Notes: generated from the sequence alone by a model not told the origin. A stretch of DNA of 64,000 nucleotides from Ramazzottius varieornatus (GCA_001949185.1 BDGG01000009.1:1601624-1665623); one strand, 5' to 3'; positions 12,079 through 25,900 are shown, counted from the first letter of the stretch. Numbers and translations are program-made.

Positions 12079-14132
12079 TTACGAAGTGACGGGGAAATTT
12101 TCTGGAAAACGATCGACGTCCATTTTGGCAAAGATCGGCTCCACGTACGCCTCCACGTCGGTCTTGGCTTCCTGTGCGGCTACTATAAACTTGTGAACCT
12201 GTGGGAAAAAAAGCCAAATTTTAAAAAAACGAAAAGCCGTAGAAGCGCAATGTCACACAGGAACATACCATCAGATCCTTGTACTTCGGTCTTCTCGATA
12301 CTTCCTTCATCAAGCTACCCAAAATGTTACTATAGTCGTCAGTATATTTCGGCATATCTACACTTCATAACAAGTACAGTAATAGACTACATCGACAACA
12401 ATTTCCACTCACCAGATGTTGCAGAAATGGATGAAGTCGTCGGAAAACTGCGGATGAGAGTCCCGGGAGAGTCTGGGAGGTTCACCTTCGACCACTTGGC
12501 TTAATTGCTTGAATACATTATCCCACTCCTGGATCGGGTAGGGAAACTCGCCAAGCGCTAACTCCATCTGTCAAACGATAGGAAAATGTTGTGAATGAAT
12601 TGTGCGTGGATGGGGAAGAATCCAGGCCAGTTTTACCATAGTTATTCCGAAGCTCCAGACATCCGTCCGGACGTCGTAGGACTCTTGTGATTTTGTGGGG
12701 TCAATTCGTTCCGGCTGAAGAGAAAGAGATATAACTACCATCTTTCTTCGCCCGCAGTGTACAACCCTCGACCAGTATATGGTGCTTTGCCTGCGCTAAC
12801 TTACAGCCATGTAGGGTCGACATCCGACGTTGGTTCTGGCGATGGAGTCGATCAGGCGTCCACTGATACCAAAATCGCATAGTTTGATGTTGCCCCTCCG
12901 GTTCAGTAAAATGTTCGAAGGCTTCACATCTAGAACAAAAGTGGCTTCTCAGCTCGTTCACCAGGTACTAAGAACGCTGCGGACGGTACAGTACCTCGGT
13001 GAATAATGTTCAGCTGAGATTTCAGGTAGTTGAGTGCGTTCAATGTGGCCAACGCAATCTGGCCAAGAATCTCCTCGGGAAAGGAACTCTGTAACGTCCC
13101 GAATAAATACTTGTAAAACTTGTCCAGCGAGGTCTCCATCAGCTCCATGCATATCCAACAGTCTCCCTACAGCACAACAGGTCTTCTAGCCATTAAGGTC
13201 CTGTAGTTGGCTAAGAGGTATTTTATACTATACCTCTTTGAAAACTGCGCCGTAGAAGCGTATGATGTTATCACAATGGGTACTACGCATAACCAGAGCC
13301 AGTTCGATGAGTTCCTTCTGCTCCCTGTCGTCTATGCTGGACAATATTCTCTGCAACACGTATTTTTAATACCGAATTCCTGCGAGGAACGTTCCTGTCG
13401 AAGATGGAGAGAAAGCCTACCTTTACTGCCATGATTGTGCCACTCTTCCGGTGCATCATTTTGTTCACGGAGCCGTAATTCCCTGTTACGAGATTTTTGC
13501 CAGAAGACGTGGCGCGACACACTATACGATGAGGAAGCAGGAATTTATGACGGCTTACCCCGCCCAATCTCGCCTAGGTCTTCCAGATCGTCCGCCGTGA
13601 ACTCATACACCTACAGACAACACACAGATGATTCTGCCTCGCGAACCCGCTTCGCATCTTCGAATGCCCCTTACGATTTCCGGTGATAGTTGGAGCTTTC
13701 CCGTGTTCTGCAAGCTCCGGCACTGCAGACGATCCCTGAAAGCAGGCCCTGTACGTATATCGAAGAGAGGAAATGGGAAAGAGTTTTGAGTTGCTTTTTC
13801 GGACATACAATTGGGTACTAAAACCAATGTCCTCCAGAGACTGGATCTGCAGCGGCAGCGATATGGAAGTCTTCATCATGGAAATCGACGGTTCCGTTTT
13901 GTCCGCAGCCTCGCTCTTGCCAAACGACAAGCGCAGTCTACTTTTCCGATCCCCCACATTACCTGGAAATAAAGGCAGCTGAGATCAGCTATCACACTAC
14001 AGATTCTTTCTAACTATATCATACCAGTGGCTGCCTATACATACCTTGAGCGGGTGCGTTCAAGTCAAGGCTCAGTCCTGGTGCAGAGCCGGATATACCA
14101 TGAAGAGCAGGAGGTTTCCCGGGATTGTTCAT
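12079..14132 (-). CDS. MAP2K4: Dual-specificity MAP kinase kinase, MKK4-like (multi-exon)
   Basis: D-site-like [67 protein letters not shown] and [11 protein letters not shown]. The last exon ends ...FPVTS* at 12079; the start MNNPGKPP at 14132 is inferred. Confidence 0.88.
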
Positions 14133-15244
14133 GGGAGGATCTTAGAGCAGGAACGAGAAGAGGAGAGAGCTGAAGCGCCTGCAGCAGCCTAGTTGTATAT
14201 ACAGGCCACAACGCAGATCCATTCCGCTTTGGCTGCTCCCATGATTAATGAAGGGTCCCTGAGACTTGGACAGCCACAGTACGTAGTGCGCGGACCACCG
14301 AAGGTGAAGTAGCCTCGCTCTCGGAAGCGATCTCGTGCAGACGAAGGAACACTTTGGATTTGTTCGAACGTCGTCTACAGCCTCGTCCAACATTCCCTCG
14401 CCAAGAGGATTAGAGCCAAGATTAGACGGACAGCTTCACCTAATACGAGCGGGCCCACAGTTGAATCATGGAACTGAGTCACTTGGGTACGGCAGCCTCT
14501 GAATCAGCTCCCGCAAAACATCATTGTAAACATTGATCATTCAATCCAAAGTCGCGTTATCGGAACTCGGTAGCATGTCCAGTTCAATGAGTAATCCATT
14601 CATTCAAAGGTGATGAGGAGTACAGCCCACCACGAGAGCGCGGATTCTCTCGGCAACATTCTGTAACGCGGAGGAAATGCGTCCGCCTTTCAGCCATTTC
14701 GTCGAAAGATCGAGCTTGGATGCGTCCTTTTTCGTTTCCGTGTTAGCACATCAAGCAATCAATTTACGCGTGAGATGGTGGGAGCGGGACTGGCGAAAAT
14801 ATCACCACCCCCTTAAGGAATTGTGCCATACAGCCTGTCACGCGCCGTATGATTCCCGATAATGGGTTGCAGTTGCGAACAGGACGGTGAGGCTGTGAAA
14901 TGAATGGCAGTGACAGGCTGCCAGCTGGCATAGCCAGGCTTTGCGAAAGTTTGCGTTCGCGAACGGAAAACATCCGGGCAATTTGAGCCAGGATCTGGAT
15001 TCTCGATTTGCATCATTTGATTCTTATTACCATCCGCTGTCCTGGACCTGTCAACGCAGACGCTTCCAGTGCAGAAGTGCTACGGAAGCTCAAGAGTCGT
15101 CTGGAGGAGGAGGGCACTGCGACCGCTGGTTAGACGCTCGTCTTTCGCATCTAGTTTGCACGTACGAGTCTACATTTAATACCTCACCGTCCGATTGGAC
15201 CTCGGACGGCTGGAAGTGTGCTCTCCGAATCCCTGTATTCGACA

Positions 15245-17322
15245 ATGGCTCAGAAAGACAACGATGTTCGCGAATCCTGGGATGACGACGACACTGCTGG
15301 AGGCGATACAGATGCTTCCTCCAGCCTGGCATCTTCCTTCTCCAAGTTTAACATCAATGCCACTGAGTTTGTACCCAGCTTTGGCGGTTCAAAGCCGACT
15401 CCAGCAGCTCCAGCACCGTCGCGTAAGTCTGGGTTCAATTTGCCCACCATCGTTAATCACAGGTGTTGGGAACCTTCTCGGAACAGACGTGATCACGCTG
15501 TATTACAGACGGCTTCCGTATATTTCAGGAGCTTCTGAACCAGTAGCAAACGTGGCGAAAGCACCCGAAACTCAGCCTGTATCTGCACCGAAGAAAGCTT
15601 CCGAGACAGTTAAAAAGGAGAAGGAGCCTTCTGTGCAGGCAGCTGCACAATCGAAGGTCAAGAGGGCCGAAGTTATTCCTCCATCTCAACCAAAAGAACT
15701 TGCTACAGGTTGGCAAATTCAACCATTTCAATGATACTGTCTGCGAAATTAGTTCTGATCCCCTGCTTGTTTTGTGGTTGTAGGCGATGGTGACATCGAA
15801 GAGGAAGAAAGAAAAGCTCCGCCACCACCACGAGTAAATGGTTCGGAAGGACCGAAAAAGGAACATTTGAATATAGTCTTCATTGGCCATGTTGGTAGGT
15901 TCACTAGGTTGTGCGCTGCTGTATCAAACGAGGAAAATCATGGGCACTCTTCCACTAGAATAAACTAGGCAATATTTGATATTTCAGATGCGGGTAAATC
16001 TACCATTGGTGGTCATTTAATGCTTCTGACCGGCGCCGTGGACAAGCGAACAATGGAGAAATATGAACGCGAAGCCAAAGAAGCAAGCCGCGAAAGCTGG
16101 TATCCAAAATATTCGTAATTTTGTTGTGAGGAAAATAGACAGCGATGGTAATTATAAGTGAGCAGTGTGTATGGCGTTGTACAGGTATCTTTCCTGGGCG
16201 CTCGACACAAACCCGGAGGAGCGAGATAAAGGCAAGACGGTGGAAGTGGGTCGCGCTGCCTTCGAGACGGAAAAGAAGCACTTTACGATTCTGGACGCTC
16301 CCGGCCACAAGAGCTTCGTGGCCAACATGTTGGAAGGCGCCGCGCAAGCCGACGTAGGTATCCTCGTCATCTCGGCCCGCAAAGGCGAATTCGAGACGGG
16401 CTTCGACCGCGGTGGACAGACGCGTGAGCACGCTCTGCTGGCCAAGACGTCGGGCGTCAAGCACCTCATTGTTGTCATCAACAAGATGGACGACCCCACC
16501 GTTAACTGGAGCGTCGAGCGCTACAACGAGTGCAAGGACAAGATTCTGCCCTATCTAAAGAGTGTCGGCTACAACCCCAAGACGGACGTCGTCTTCATGC
16601 CCTTGTCGGGCTTCACCGGCGCCAACATGAAAGAGCCGCTGGACAAGAGTGTCTGCTCCTGGTATGATGGCCCTTCTTTCTTGCAGTACCTTGACCAGTT
16701 ACCGCGCTTTGAACGCTCCGGAGAAGGTGTCTTGAGAATACCCATCATAGGGCGCTTCCGGGAGATGGGTACAGTCGTTACAGGCAAGATTGAGAGTGGA
16801 GCGATCAGACGAGGCGACCAGTTACTGTTAATGCCCAACAAGATCCCCGTGGAAGCTCTACAGATCTGGTCGGATGAGAACGAAGTGGACCAGGCGATAA
16901 ACGGTGATAACGTCAGGGTGAAGCTGAAGGGGGTGGAGGAAGAGGAAGTGCAGGCTGGCTTCATCCTCTGTGACGCAGCCTCACCCTGTAAAACCGGCAA
17001 GATATTCGACGGCCAAGTGGTCATTCTCGAGCACCGTAATATCATTTGCGCTGGTTACAGCGCCATTATGCATCTCAATGCTCTGCAAGAACACGTCTCA
17101 GTTTCCATGATCATTTGTCTCAAAGACAAGAAGACGGGCGAGATCGACAAGACAGCGCCGCGACCCAAGTTTATCAAGCCTGGACAAGCCGGCATTGTCA
17201 GGTTTGAGTGCCAGGACGGGGTGATATGTATGGACATTGATAATCCTCAGCTGGCCAGATTCACGCTGAGAGATGAAGGAAAGACCATTGGCTTTGGAAA
17301 GATTGTCAAGGTTGTGCAGTAA
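15245..17322 (+). CDS. GSPT1: Eukaryotic peptide chain release factor GTP-binding subunit eRF3
   Basis: N-terminal PAM2 motif [12 protein letters not shown]; GTPase motifs FIGHVDAGKST, DAPGHK and NKMD; family-specific [19 protein letters not shown] and [11 protein letters not shown]. About 5 exons. Confidence 0.96.
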
Positions 17323-17622
17323 ACTGCCTTGCTGTTTTTTTTATGATATCACTGAAGACATACGCTCTAGATAAAACCTTCCGATTTTTTTTGGCAAACT
17401 ATCTTTGCGTTATTTGGCGTCGAATAAACCTGAGGAAAGCCCATATTGAAACCTGCTTGACCCAGTAAGCGGTGTGGAGACGCTAATCGGAACACGGAAA
17501 TGAAAGAGCGACCGGAACATTAACTCATGACATGACGGGACACGATATGACATGACATAACACAATATGGAAAAAACTTTTACAGAATGATTCCCGTCAG
17601 GCGTCAGCTGTTCTGTACGCGT

Positions 17623-17636
17623 AACTTCCGGAAGTT
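17623..17636. promoter_or_regulatory. Palindromic double ETS-like site AACTTCCGGAAGTT upstream of NitFhit
   Basis: Perfect 14-bp palindrome ~190 bp upstream of the NitFhit ATG. Confidence 0.4.
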
Positions 17637-17824
17637 CCGCTCCAGAATTTAGTGATAATTTTCCTCAGTCCGGAGGCAGGGTGAACGTCCAGGAAGTTTG
17701 TCTTGTTCTGCCAGGTGGATCGAACGCAGCATACTGGATATTTCGTACTTACCCTTCGATCCCGCGCACGCGAACAGATCTCCGTGGAGCGCGACGAGTC
17801 AGTGGATGGTCAAGCTGTATGTTC

Positions 17825-20629
17825 ATGGCAATGGCATCCTCCGGGAAAAAGCTCGTTGCTGTTCTGCAGTTAACAGCCAACCAGTGCAAGGCGGCCAACT
17901 TCAAGATATGCGAATCCTTAATAACGGACGCGAAGAAACGCGGGGCTGAGGTAAGTTCTGGAGGAGCACTTGCTGGCGATACACAGAGGCTATGCTAATC
18001 AGGATCATCATCGATATTATTCATGTACTGTTGTAATTTGTACAGTAAGGTATGTCGGTCTTTTGGTCTGTTTGCAGATGGTCTTTTTACCAGAAGGCTT
18101 TGATTACATTGCCGAGTCTTCACAAGAAAGCGCTGCCATGTCAGAGCCGCTGGAGGGGACCACCATGACTTCTTACCGAGACTTGGCTAAACGCCTTGGA
18201 GTTTGGCTTTCCCTGGGGGGATTCCATCTGAAGAACAACTGCGATTCTCGAATGCACAACTGTCATGTCGTGCTAAACTCGGCGGGAGACGTCGTGGCTA
18301 CATACGCCAAGACGCACTTGTTCGATGTGAATATCCCGGGAAAAGTTTCCCTATCGGAGAGCCGATACTGCATTCCAGGTGAACTCTGTAGTCAAGAACC
18401 CTTCAACTTCAGTCACCTCAGACTGCTTCATTCCTACGCAGTACTCGACCTGATGCGCTATTCTATCGTTCCCTTTGCTAGGTACGAAAGTTGCGCCGCC
18501 CGTGGAAGCTCCTGTGGGAAAGGTCGGACTAATGTGTGTAAGAAGACATTAGTTTGTCCATGCGCTCACTTTGGTGCTTGATAAATGAGCACATTCAAAA
18601 CATCTTCCCGATACAGTGTTATGATCTACGGTTTCCCGAGTTATCAGGGCTGTTGGCTCAGAAAGGAGCGGAAATTCTGACCTACCCTTCGGCTTTCACC
18701 AAAGTCACTGGCGAAGCGCATTGGGAGGTGAGTCCATAATCTGCGACTGACACGTACTAAAGCTTCCACATATCCTCTTCACAGATTTTGCTGAGAGCAA
18801 GGGCGATAGAAAATCAGTGTTACGTCGTAGCCGCAGCACAAGCCGGTCAACATAACGCAAGGCGCCAATCTTACGGACATTCCATGGTAAATCTGTAGTT
18901 TCCCGCACCTAAAGTGACTTACTACCTCGATAAGTGCCTGACAAGGTCCCAAACACTTTTCGCGGTTTCAAGTCACCCATTCGTGGTCGTAACCGCAAGT
19001 TTAGCTAAAGTACTCAATTTCGATCATCCAGTTTGCAGTTGAAAATCATGGATAACCGCCAACCGCCGTGATTAATTGTGTCATGCGAAGGAAGAACGTT
19101 ACACAGTTGTGCTTTAAGCCGTGGTAGAAAGGCAGGACGATTAACTTGGTTCGTCGTAGAAAGCACGAGACAGTCAGGGCTGGATGAAATAAGGCTTAGG
19201 AAAAAGGAAGTTTGCAGCGATGATATCTTTGGATCCAGTAAGGTGCCGACTGACGACCCACCCTACAGCGCGTACTAGGAAGCACTAGTCAAGTCTAACG
19301 TGACGTTCTCGCTGAGAACTTCAGTGGTGTTTTCAAGCACGCCTAACCTTCGTTCTTACTTGTGCTGAATGTGCCGCACCCAAACATAGAAGATTTTGTC
19401 GTTATAGATTGTGGATCCTTGGGGCGCCATCCTTGCTCAGTGTGACGAGACGCCCGGAATCGCCCTGGCCGAAATTGACTTGGAACGTTTACGGGACATA
19501 CGGCGTAACATGCCGACCCAATCTCACAGACGAGACGACCTGTACCATTTACGCACTGCTCCGGAAGTCCTGGACGAATCTACGATAGAAAAGCACGACT
19601 TTGGCGGACATCTGATAAGCAAGAAGGAAGTCTTCTTCGAAACGACTTTGTCGCTGGCCTTCGTCAACCTTAAGCCGGTAGTACCTGGACGTGAGTTTTC
19701 TCGTCAGGGCCTTACGATGGTTATTTGCATCGTACAGTCCTACCTGCGAAATGTGACAATTGCTTTCTCTGCAACCGAACAGCGTTCCTGCACGAGACTG
19801 CTGGCCATGCACTGCGCAGCACGATCAGCTGATCGACGTCCGGTTGTCTTTTGACTTTCTCAAGTAATCAAGCGCGTGTCTGATCAGCTGATCGGTCTCA
19901 TGCGAACAGCATGGCGAGCAAATTCGTGCACACATGAACCGTCCGGAACTGATTTCGGGCGTTTGAACTGTCACATCTCACAGGTAGGACTGTATTTCTA
20001 TATGTGCAGAGCCAACGCTCAATTACTGGTTGTTCCTCCTTATTTTCTATGCAGATAGTTTAGTAATACCCAAGCGATCGGTGAAGAAGTTCAACGAGCT
20101 GTCTTCAGAGGAAATGGCAGGTAACTGGAACGATGCGGAAGGGCGTTGCCCTCTGGGAACGGTGCTTTTTGACCTGTTAGAAACATTGCTTCTGATTTTT
20201 CAGACCTGTTTTACGTTGTTCAGCGAGTTGGGAGTATGCTGGAGAAACGTTATGGCGTCAACTCGTTGACTATTGCTATTCAGGTGGTTCGCTGTTTGAT
20301 ACACTATGCTGGAGAATTTCTCTGCCGTATCCAGCGATATAACCTTTTTGTGGTCGGCTGCTTGACCGCTTTGATATGATCCGACTTCAATGTCGTTGCA
20401 GGATGGTTACGACGCTGGACAAACCGTCAAACACCTGCACGTACATTTACTACCGAGAAGGCCAGACGACTTCGAGAAGGACGAAGTGTACAAGGAGCTC
20501 GAAAGTCACGATAAAGGCGAAAACCGAAGAGCTCGTACGCCACAAGAAATGGCGGCGGAAGCTGTCGAGCTACGCCTACTGATGTATGGGCAACCCACTG
20601 GAAACAAAGCCGCTCATGGAACTGGATAG
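17825..20629 (+). CDS. NitFhit: NitFhit fusion protein (deaminated glutathione amidase Nit1 + Fhit diadenosine triphosphate hydrolase)
   Basis: Nit motifs [45 protein letters not shown] and SYGHSM..DPWG run in frame into Fhit motifs [21 protein letters not shown] and the HIT triad HLHVH. The start could lie further upstream. Confidence 0.95.
19735..19992. mobile_element. Tc1/mariner/pogo-type MITE in a NitFhit intron
   Basis: TA|CAGTCCTACCTG.GA.ATGTGACA ... TGTCACAT.TC.CAGGTAGGACTG|TA, giving ~25-bp TIRs with a TA target duplication. The interior is also imperfectly palindromic (two GATCAGCTGATC). Confidence 0.85.
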
Positions 20630-21580
20630 TCTGAAATTTCTTGTTGCTGCAGAATGTTTGCTGTGATTTGCGAAATATGGTGCATAACATTAATAGCACA
20701 TTTGTTAGAGATGTGGGACGTTGATTTCGTTGAGATGCCGTGCGTTTTTAGAATTTAACTGATGAATGTGATGATTGACCTTCTGTGCCATAGATTAGTG
20801 TTCGGACGCCGGTGAAGTGCTCAAGTATTAATGGGAACAGAAGGTGGGCGGAAAATCTGTTGGTTTAGAAGACAATGGTTGGCGAACTGTGGGACAATTA
20901 AGATTGTATCTGAAGTGTGAAGTATTCGATGTAAATGAGCTTAGGAGAGCTTTCAATCTCCTTGATGGCCAGTTGACTACCGAGTGAGGTACGTGCAGCG
21001 CGCCAAGTCTAATTTCACAAACAATCGCAGAGCAGCCTCGTATCGTCTCGTCTTTCAATAAGGCAACTAATTACACGCGTCGTTCCCGGCAATTATTGAA
21101 CTAACACTCGACATCACTTAGAGGATCAGAATCGAAAACTGTCACTGGCTAAGACGACCGTAAGTTTAAAATTCCGTTAAGGGTTGGAAGGGAAGCGAAT
21201 CTCGCTCTTCTTCCCCAAAGGTTTCACCGTTCTCCCCGAAATACCAACTAATCAATCAGTCAGCGATCCGCTGATTGACTGGTCTTGAGGAAGCACGATA
21301 AAAAGCTTGGGGAAGAAGAGTGAAATTCCCTTCCCTTCAGTTTCACCAACCCTAATTCCGTTGAAAACCAGCCGGGCTTGGGGAAGCTCACGCTGTCGCT
21401 GATTCAAAACAAAGTTTTCTTTCACTGCGCTTAACGTTTCAATTCGGACCTTCATATCGAAGTTCCAGTGTCAATTCGTCTACACTTATAATATTACAAA
21501 AAAGTTTCAGGAGGGAAAGGCTGATCGGCAGGGTACAAGGAGCAAAGACACAGACCGGCCACAGAACATCTTATGAGGGC

Positions 21581-22135
21581 TTATTTCTGATCGAGTACAG
21601 ACTGAAGAGCGACAATGTAACTTCGAGCCAAAAGAAGTACGTCGTACTTGGACATGTGTTTCTCGTTGGCCCATCCAGGAAGGTGGTCTCGCAGTAAATC
21701 GAAGGCTTCCTTCAAACTCTGCATCCGCTTGCGTTCTCGTTCGTTCGCCTGGAGACGGCGCAGCTTGAAGTTGACTAGGGGGTGACCGCTCTTCTCCGTT
21801 CGCTTCTGCCGAGGTGCCGGCTTTCCTCCGCGACTGTATCGTACCTTGCCATGTGAAGCGACCTTCTCCGAGGTGTAACCGAAGTGCCAGCTGCATTCGG
21901 AAGGCGCAGTCCCATCCAGCTTGTCAGAAATATCGCTGGCAAGACGGTTGCTAGTCCTTTCCATCCCGGTATACCCTTGGGCCATGTCCTGATCACTGGT
22001 GCGACGATCAGTTACAAGTGACGCCATCCCCTGTTCGGCCACGTAGTCTGTATCCCCCTTTCGACCATGCTTTTTTCCGCCAGGGACATTCGTGCCGTAA
22101 AAGGGACTAAGTTCAGATGTAGTATCCGAGTCCAT
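21581..22135 (-). CDS. Class A bHLH transcription factor (atonal/PTF1-Fer-like), single exon
   Basis: C-terminal bHLH RRLQANERERKRMQSLKEAFDLLRDHLP...KHMSKYDVLLLARSYIVAL. Confidence 0.85.
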   Translation of the reverse strand: MDSDTTSELSPFYGTNVPGGKKHGRKGDTDYVAEQGMASLVTDRRTSDQDMAQGYTGMERTSNRLASDISDKLDGTAPSECSWHFGYTSEKVASHGKVRYSRGGKPAPRQKRTEKSGHPLVNFKLRRLQANERERKRMQSLKEAFDLLRDHLPGWANEKHMSKYDVLLLARSYIVALQSVLDQK

Positions 22136-22983
22136 GACGTGTTAAGACGGTATATCGGTTTCTGTCGCCGTAGAATATTCCTGAAAGGAGATCACTCAGC
22201 CAAATTCACAACTCAATACTCCAAACAAATTTTCCGGCTTTTTGACACTGTCCACTGTCCAGAAGCTACAACCCCGCTAGCACAGAAAGTCGCCAGAAGT
22301 TTCGCCTGCTGTACTTGGCTCGGACGCTGACCAACCGATGATCGGCTTCTACTGTTAGGCCCCGTTGACCATTGTCTTTTCTCGCCGCCCACTGTCCGCT
22401 TCGCTTGTACCGCAGTTGCCTGCATTCCTTGGTTTTCGCTGGAGCTTTTGGTTCAAGTCACATCGAGGACAGCGGTCAGTTTGCCTGCGATGTGGTCACA
22501 GCACGCGGAACCCGAAACCGCCCTGTAACCCCCAGACCCCTCAGATTTGGTCGGTGGGGTACGCTGGTGCGGATGGTTGATTACTGATTTGAACAAACCA
22601 GCTGAACAAATTAATGCAACACACAGAACACAACTTCTTTTTGTCGGATGTGGATTGAAGTGGATTCGGACATTTCTCTCGAGTTTGGACTTTACTCTTC
22701 ATCCTTCTGTCTGCCATCTTTCCGGATCAGGCGCAGACCTGTGGAAGACCCGGTGCGATCCCTGTTTGCTCTGCGCGGCACCGCTCCTCACATTGAGGCG
22801 ACGTCCTGCTGTTCCAGCCTGAGCCGGCTGCTTCGAACGATCTAATGAGACAGCTGACATCGTCTGGACGTGGCTCAGCATAACCACCGGTCAATCGACT
22901 TCCTCGTTTCTACCTGAGCCTCGTAAACAGTCCAACGTGGGAGGGGGAGGTCTGTGCTAAACGCTGAACACTCCGGCGCCAAG

Positions 22984-25900
22984 ATGCGCTTCTTTCCAGC
23001 GCGTCTTATCAGCCATGCTTCACGTCACTTCCGATATGGTAAGTAAGACGGAATGGTCGTCAGCACTTAGCCTGTATGTCCTTTGCTCTTTCAGGATCTC
23101 GAGTGCAGATGGCATTTCGATCGAAAGAGCCAATTGTCGCGCTGGAAAGCACGGTTGTAACTCACGGAATGCCTTATCCCTCTAACCTGCAGTATGTGAA
23201 CCCTTGTGAGTTCTCTCTTCTGATTGACATCTTCAATGCTGTGGTTGTAGGACAGCCAGCTCGCTGGAGAAGATTGTAGCAGAAGAGGGAGCTGTGCCAG
23301 CCACGATTGCCATCATGGACGGCGCTGTACGAATTGGTCTGCTCAGTTGCCGACTTCCCCTACGAAGTAGGTGGTACTTGACCATTGTTTGCCTTTCAGG
23401 TTTGGAAGAGGACCAGTTGGAGAAGCTTGCCAAGACGACTTTGGCGAAGTGCGTGAAGGTGTCTCGCAGAGATTTGGCCCACACCATCTGCCGTGGGCTG
23501 AATGGCGGAACGACCGTCTCCGCCACCATGGTGCTGGCCCATCAGGCCGGCATCAAGATCTTCGCCACAGGTGGAATAGGCGGCGTCCATCGCCATGGCG
23601 AAAGGTGTAAGTATATGCGCGCTACCTTTTGCCTAGGATGTGCAGTTAGAGACGGACATGCCATTGATTCGTTGCAGCGATGGACGTCAGCGCGGACTTG
23701 ACAGAGTTGGCAAGGACCACTCCACCTGTTGTCGTATGTGCCGGAATCAAGTCCATCCTGGACATCCCGCTAACCCTAGAGTATCTGGTAAGGTCAGCCT
23801 TGTTGGATAAAACTCTAGCTGAATCGGCAAAGTAGAGCATGGTATGTGGTAGGAGACGCAGGGAGTCTGTGTGGCCACCGTGGGACCGACAGAGGATTTC
23901 CCCTCTTTCTACTCTCGCCAGTCCGGCCATCTTGCGCCACTGCATGTCCGCAACGAACAAGAAGCCGCTGAACTAATTTGTAAGACTTTACCACTCCCAC
24001 TTGTGTACGTGAGGAAGGACAGGGGTTTGCTTACACTCGTTGAATCTGCAGTGACCCACCAGCAGTTACATCTGCAGAGCGGAATCTTGCTGGCCGTACC
24101 CATACCGCAAGAGGAGGAAATACCGGCTGACGACGTTGAAACGTGGTTGGAGCAGGCTCTCTCAGATGCCCAGTAAGTACAATACCGTGGTCGGTCTGTT
24201 TACAATGCCGTGTCGGAGTACCTGCTTCGAAACTAATCTTGTGTCTTCGTAGGTTAGCTGGTGTGTCCGGCAAGAAAGTTACACCATTCCTGTTGAGCCG
24301 TCTGAATGAACTGTCGAAGGGAAAGACTCTGAAAGCCAGTGGGTCTTGGCTTTCTTGATCACATAGTCAGTACTGACGAAGACGGCAGTAAGGATTTCCG
24401 CTGCCTCTATAGATATTGCGCTGCTGGAGAACAACGCTAGAGTGGCCAGCAGAATAGCTGTCGAACTACACAGGCTGGAGAACGAGTCTGAAAACAGAAG
24501 GAGCTTTGGAAATATGGCTTTTCCGGAAAGAGAAAACTCCAATAGGGAGGGAATATCTGCTGCAACGCAGTCCACTAGCTCGACGGCAGGAGGATCCGGC
24601 CGACCGGTTTGTTGACAGTCTCTATAGCCCAAGTCCTTGCTATTGCCCTCTGAGACTGACGTGGTCTGTTCTTCTTCGTCGTAGGTGGTCATTGGAGGGA
24701 TCGTTGCGGACTTCATGGCAAAGTGTGATATCGACTTTCAGGTAGGTCTTAATGTCCTCCTTTGATGATTTATGGGCCGAAAAAATCTCAACTCACAAAA
24801 AGCAAAATCGGCCGACATAGAACCAGAGTTCAGGTGTTTCAGGAACACATTAAAAACATTAGATTTTCTTGGGCGGGGCATTGTTTTCTGCAGAAATAGC
24901 TTCAAGTGAGTAGGAACAGAAAATGAGGAATTTCACACTTGTCTCGAAGAAGTAGCGTTTCTTTTGGCAGTGCGAGTTCATAGCATCGTTGTGTTTTCTT
25001 CGTTGATGGGCTTGAGCTTGCTACAGGAAGGGGTAAGACTATCTTCAGGGTCGTCTTGCGCTGAGGCAAATGACTTCCAGTTTTTCCAGTTGCGCATGAA
25101 ACTCCATCTGCGTAGTTGTGTGCTCTCCGGTCTGCCGCGCAAATGTATAGAAACTGTTGTACTTGAGGAACGATGCTGCTTTTTCTTCTTGCCGATATTA
25201 TTGGTCCGCGGGTAGCTGATCAGATCAGAACCCACGGAAACGGAAGCGTGGTGCAGATCACGCGGTACTCCTCTCACATAAATTTTCACCACGAAATGCT
25301 GAAAACCAAACAGGTGACTTGATCATCTCCTCCTCCGTTTGTGATCGATATTGAACGATGATGCCAAACCTTGATTTCGCTGTATAGGCAAAACACTAGA
25401 GATCCGCGTATGAAACCCAGTATAGCGTATCCAATAACGAAGAGAATGTCACCTATAGCCAACCAAAGGTTACATGTCTCCCGGCTGAGGATTAGTCAAT
25501 TCTGCCTTGGAAAAAATTCAAAATGAGAACAATTTTGTAAGGGGTTCTTCAGGTCAGTGGATAAAGGCGTGTAAAGGCTGGATTATCTGCCAGGTTTTTG
25601 TCTGGCAAGCTAAAGGTGTGCCACACCAAAACAAGCCACACCCGGTGTGGCTTGTTTTTGGATAGTACCTCTGCCGTGCATCCAGGAGTGAAGTGGCAGG
25701 TAGCATCCCCATTTGGGGAGATTACTCAGACTGTAGACCTGCAGGCTGCAGTCTGTGGCCGTCCTTGCGCTACCGTCTGTCAGAAAGGCGCAGCAGCTGT
25801 CTGGGAGGAATGCGAGGGAAGGGTCCACGCTGACAGAGGTGTTTTCGTGCCCTGGACCTGTAGCGCCATGCTGCGGGATCCTGTGGAAGTACCAGGGCGT

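Noticed and set aside
11776-12504. 242-aa plus-strand ORF
   Set aside because: It overlaps the MKK4-like 3' exons and UTR on the opposite strand and has no protein-family features.
17825-20629. Nit-Fhit fusion as a novelty
   Set aside because: It is a known fusion in Drosophila and C. elegans.
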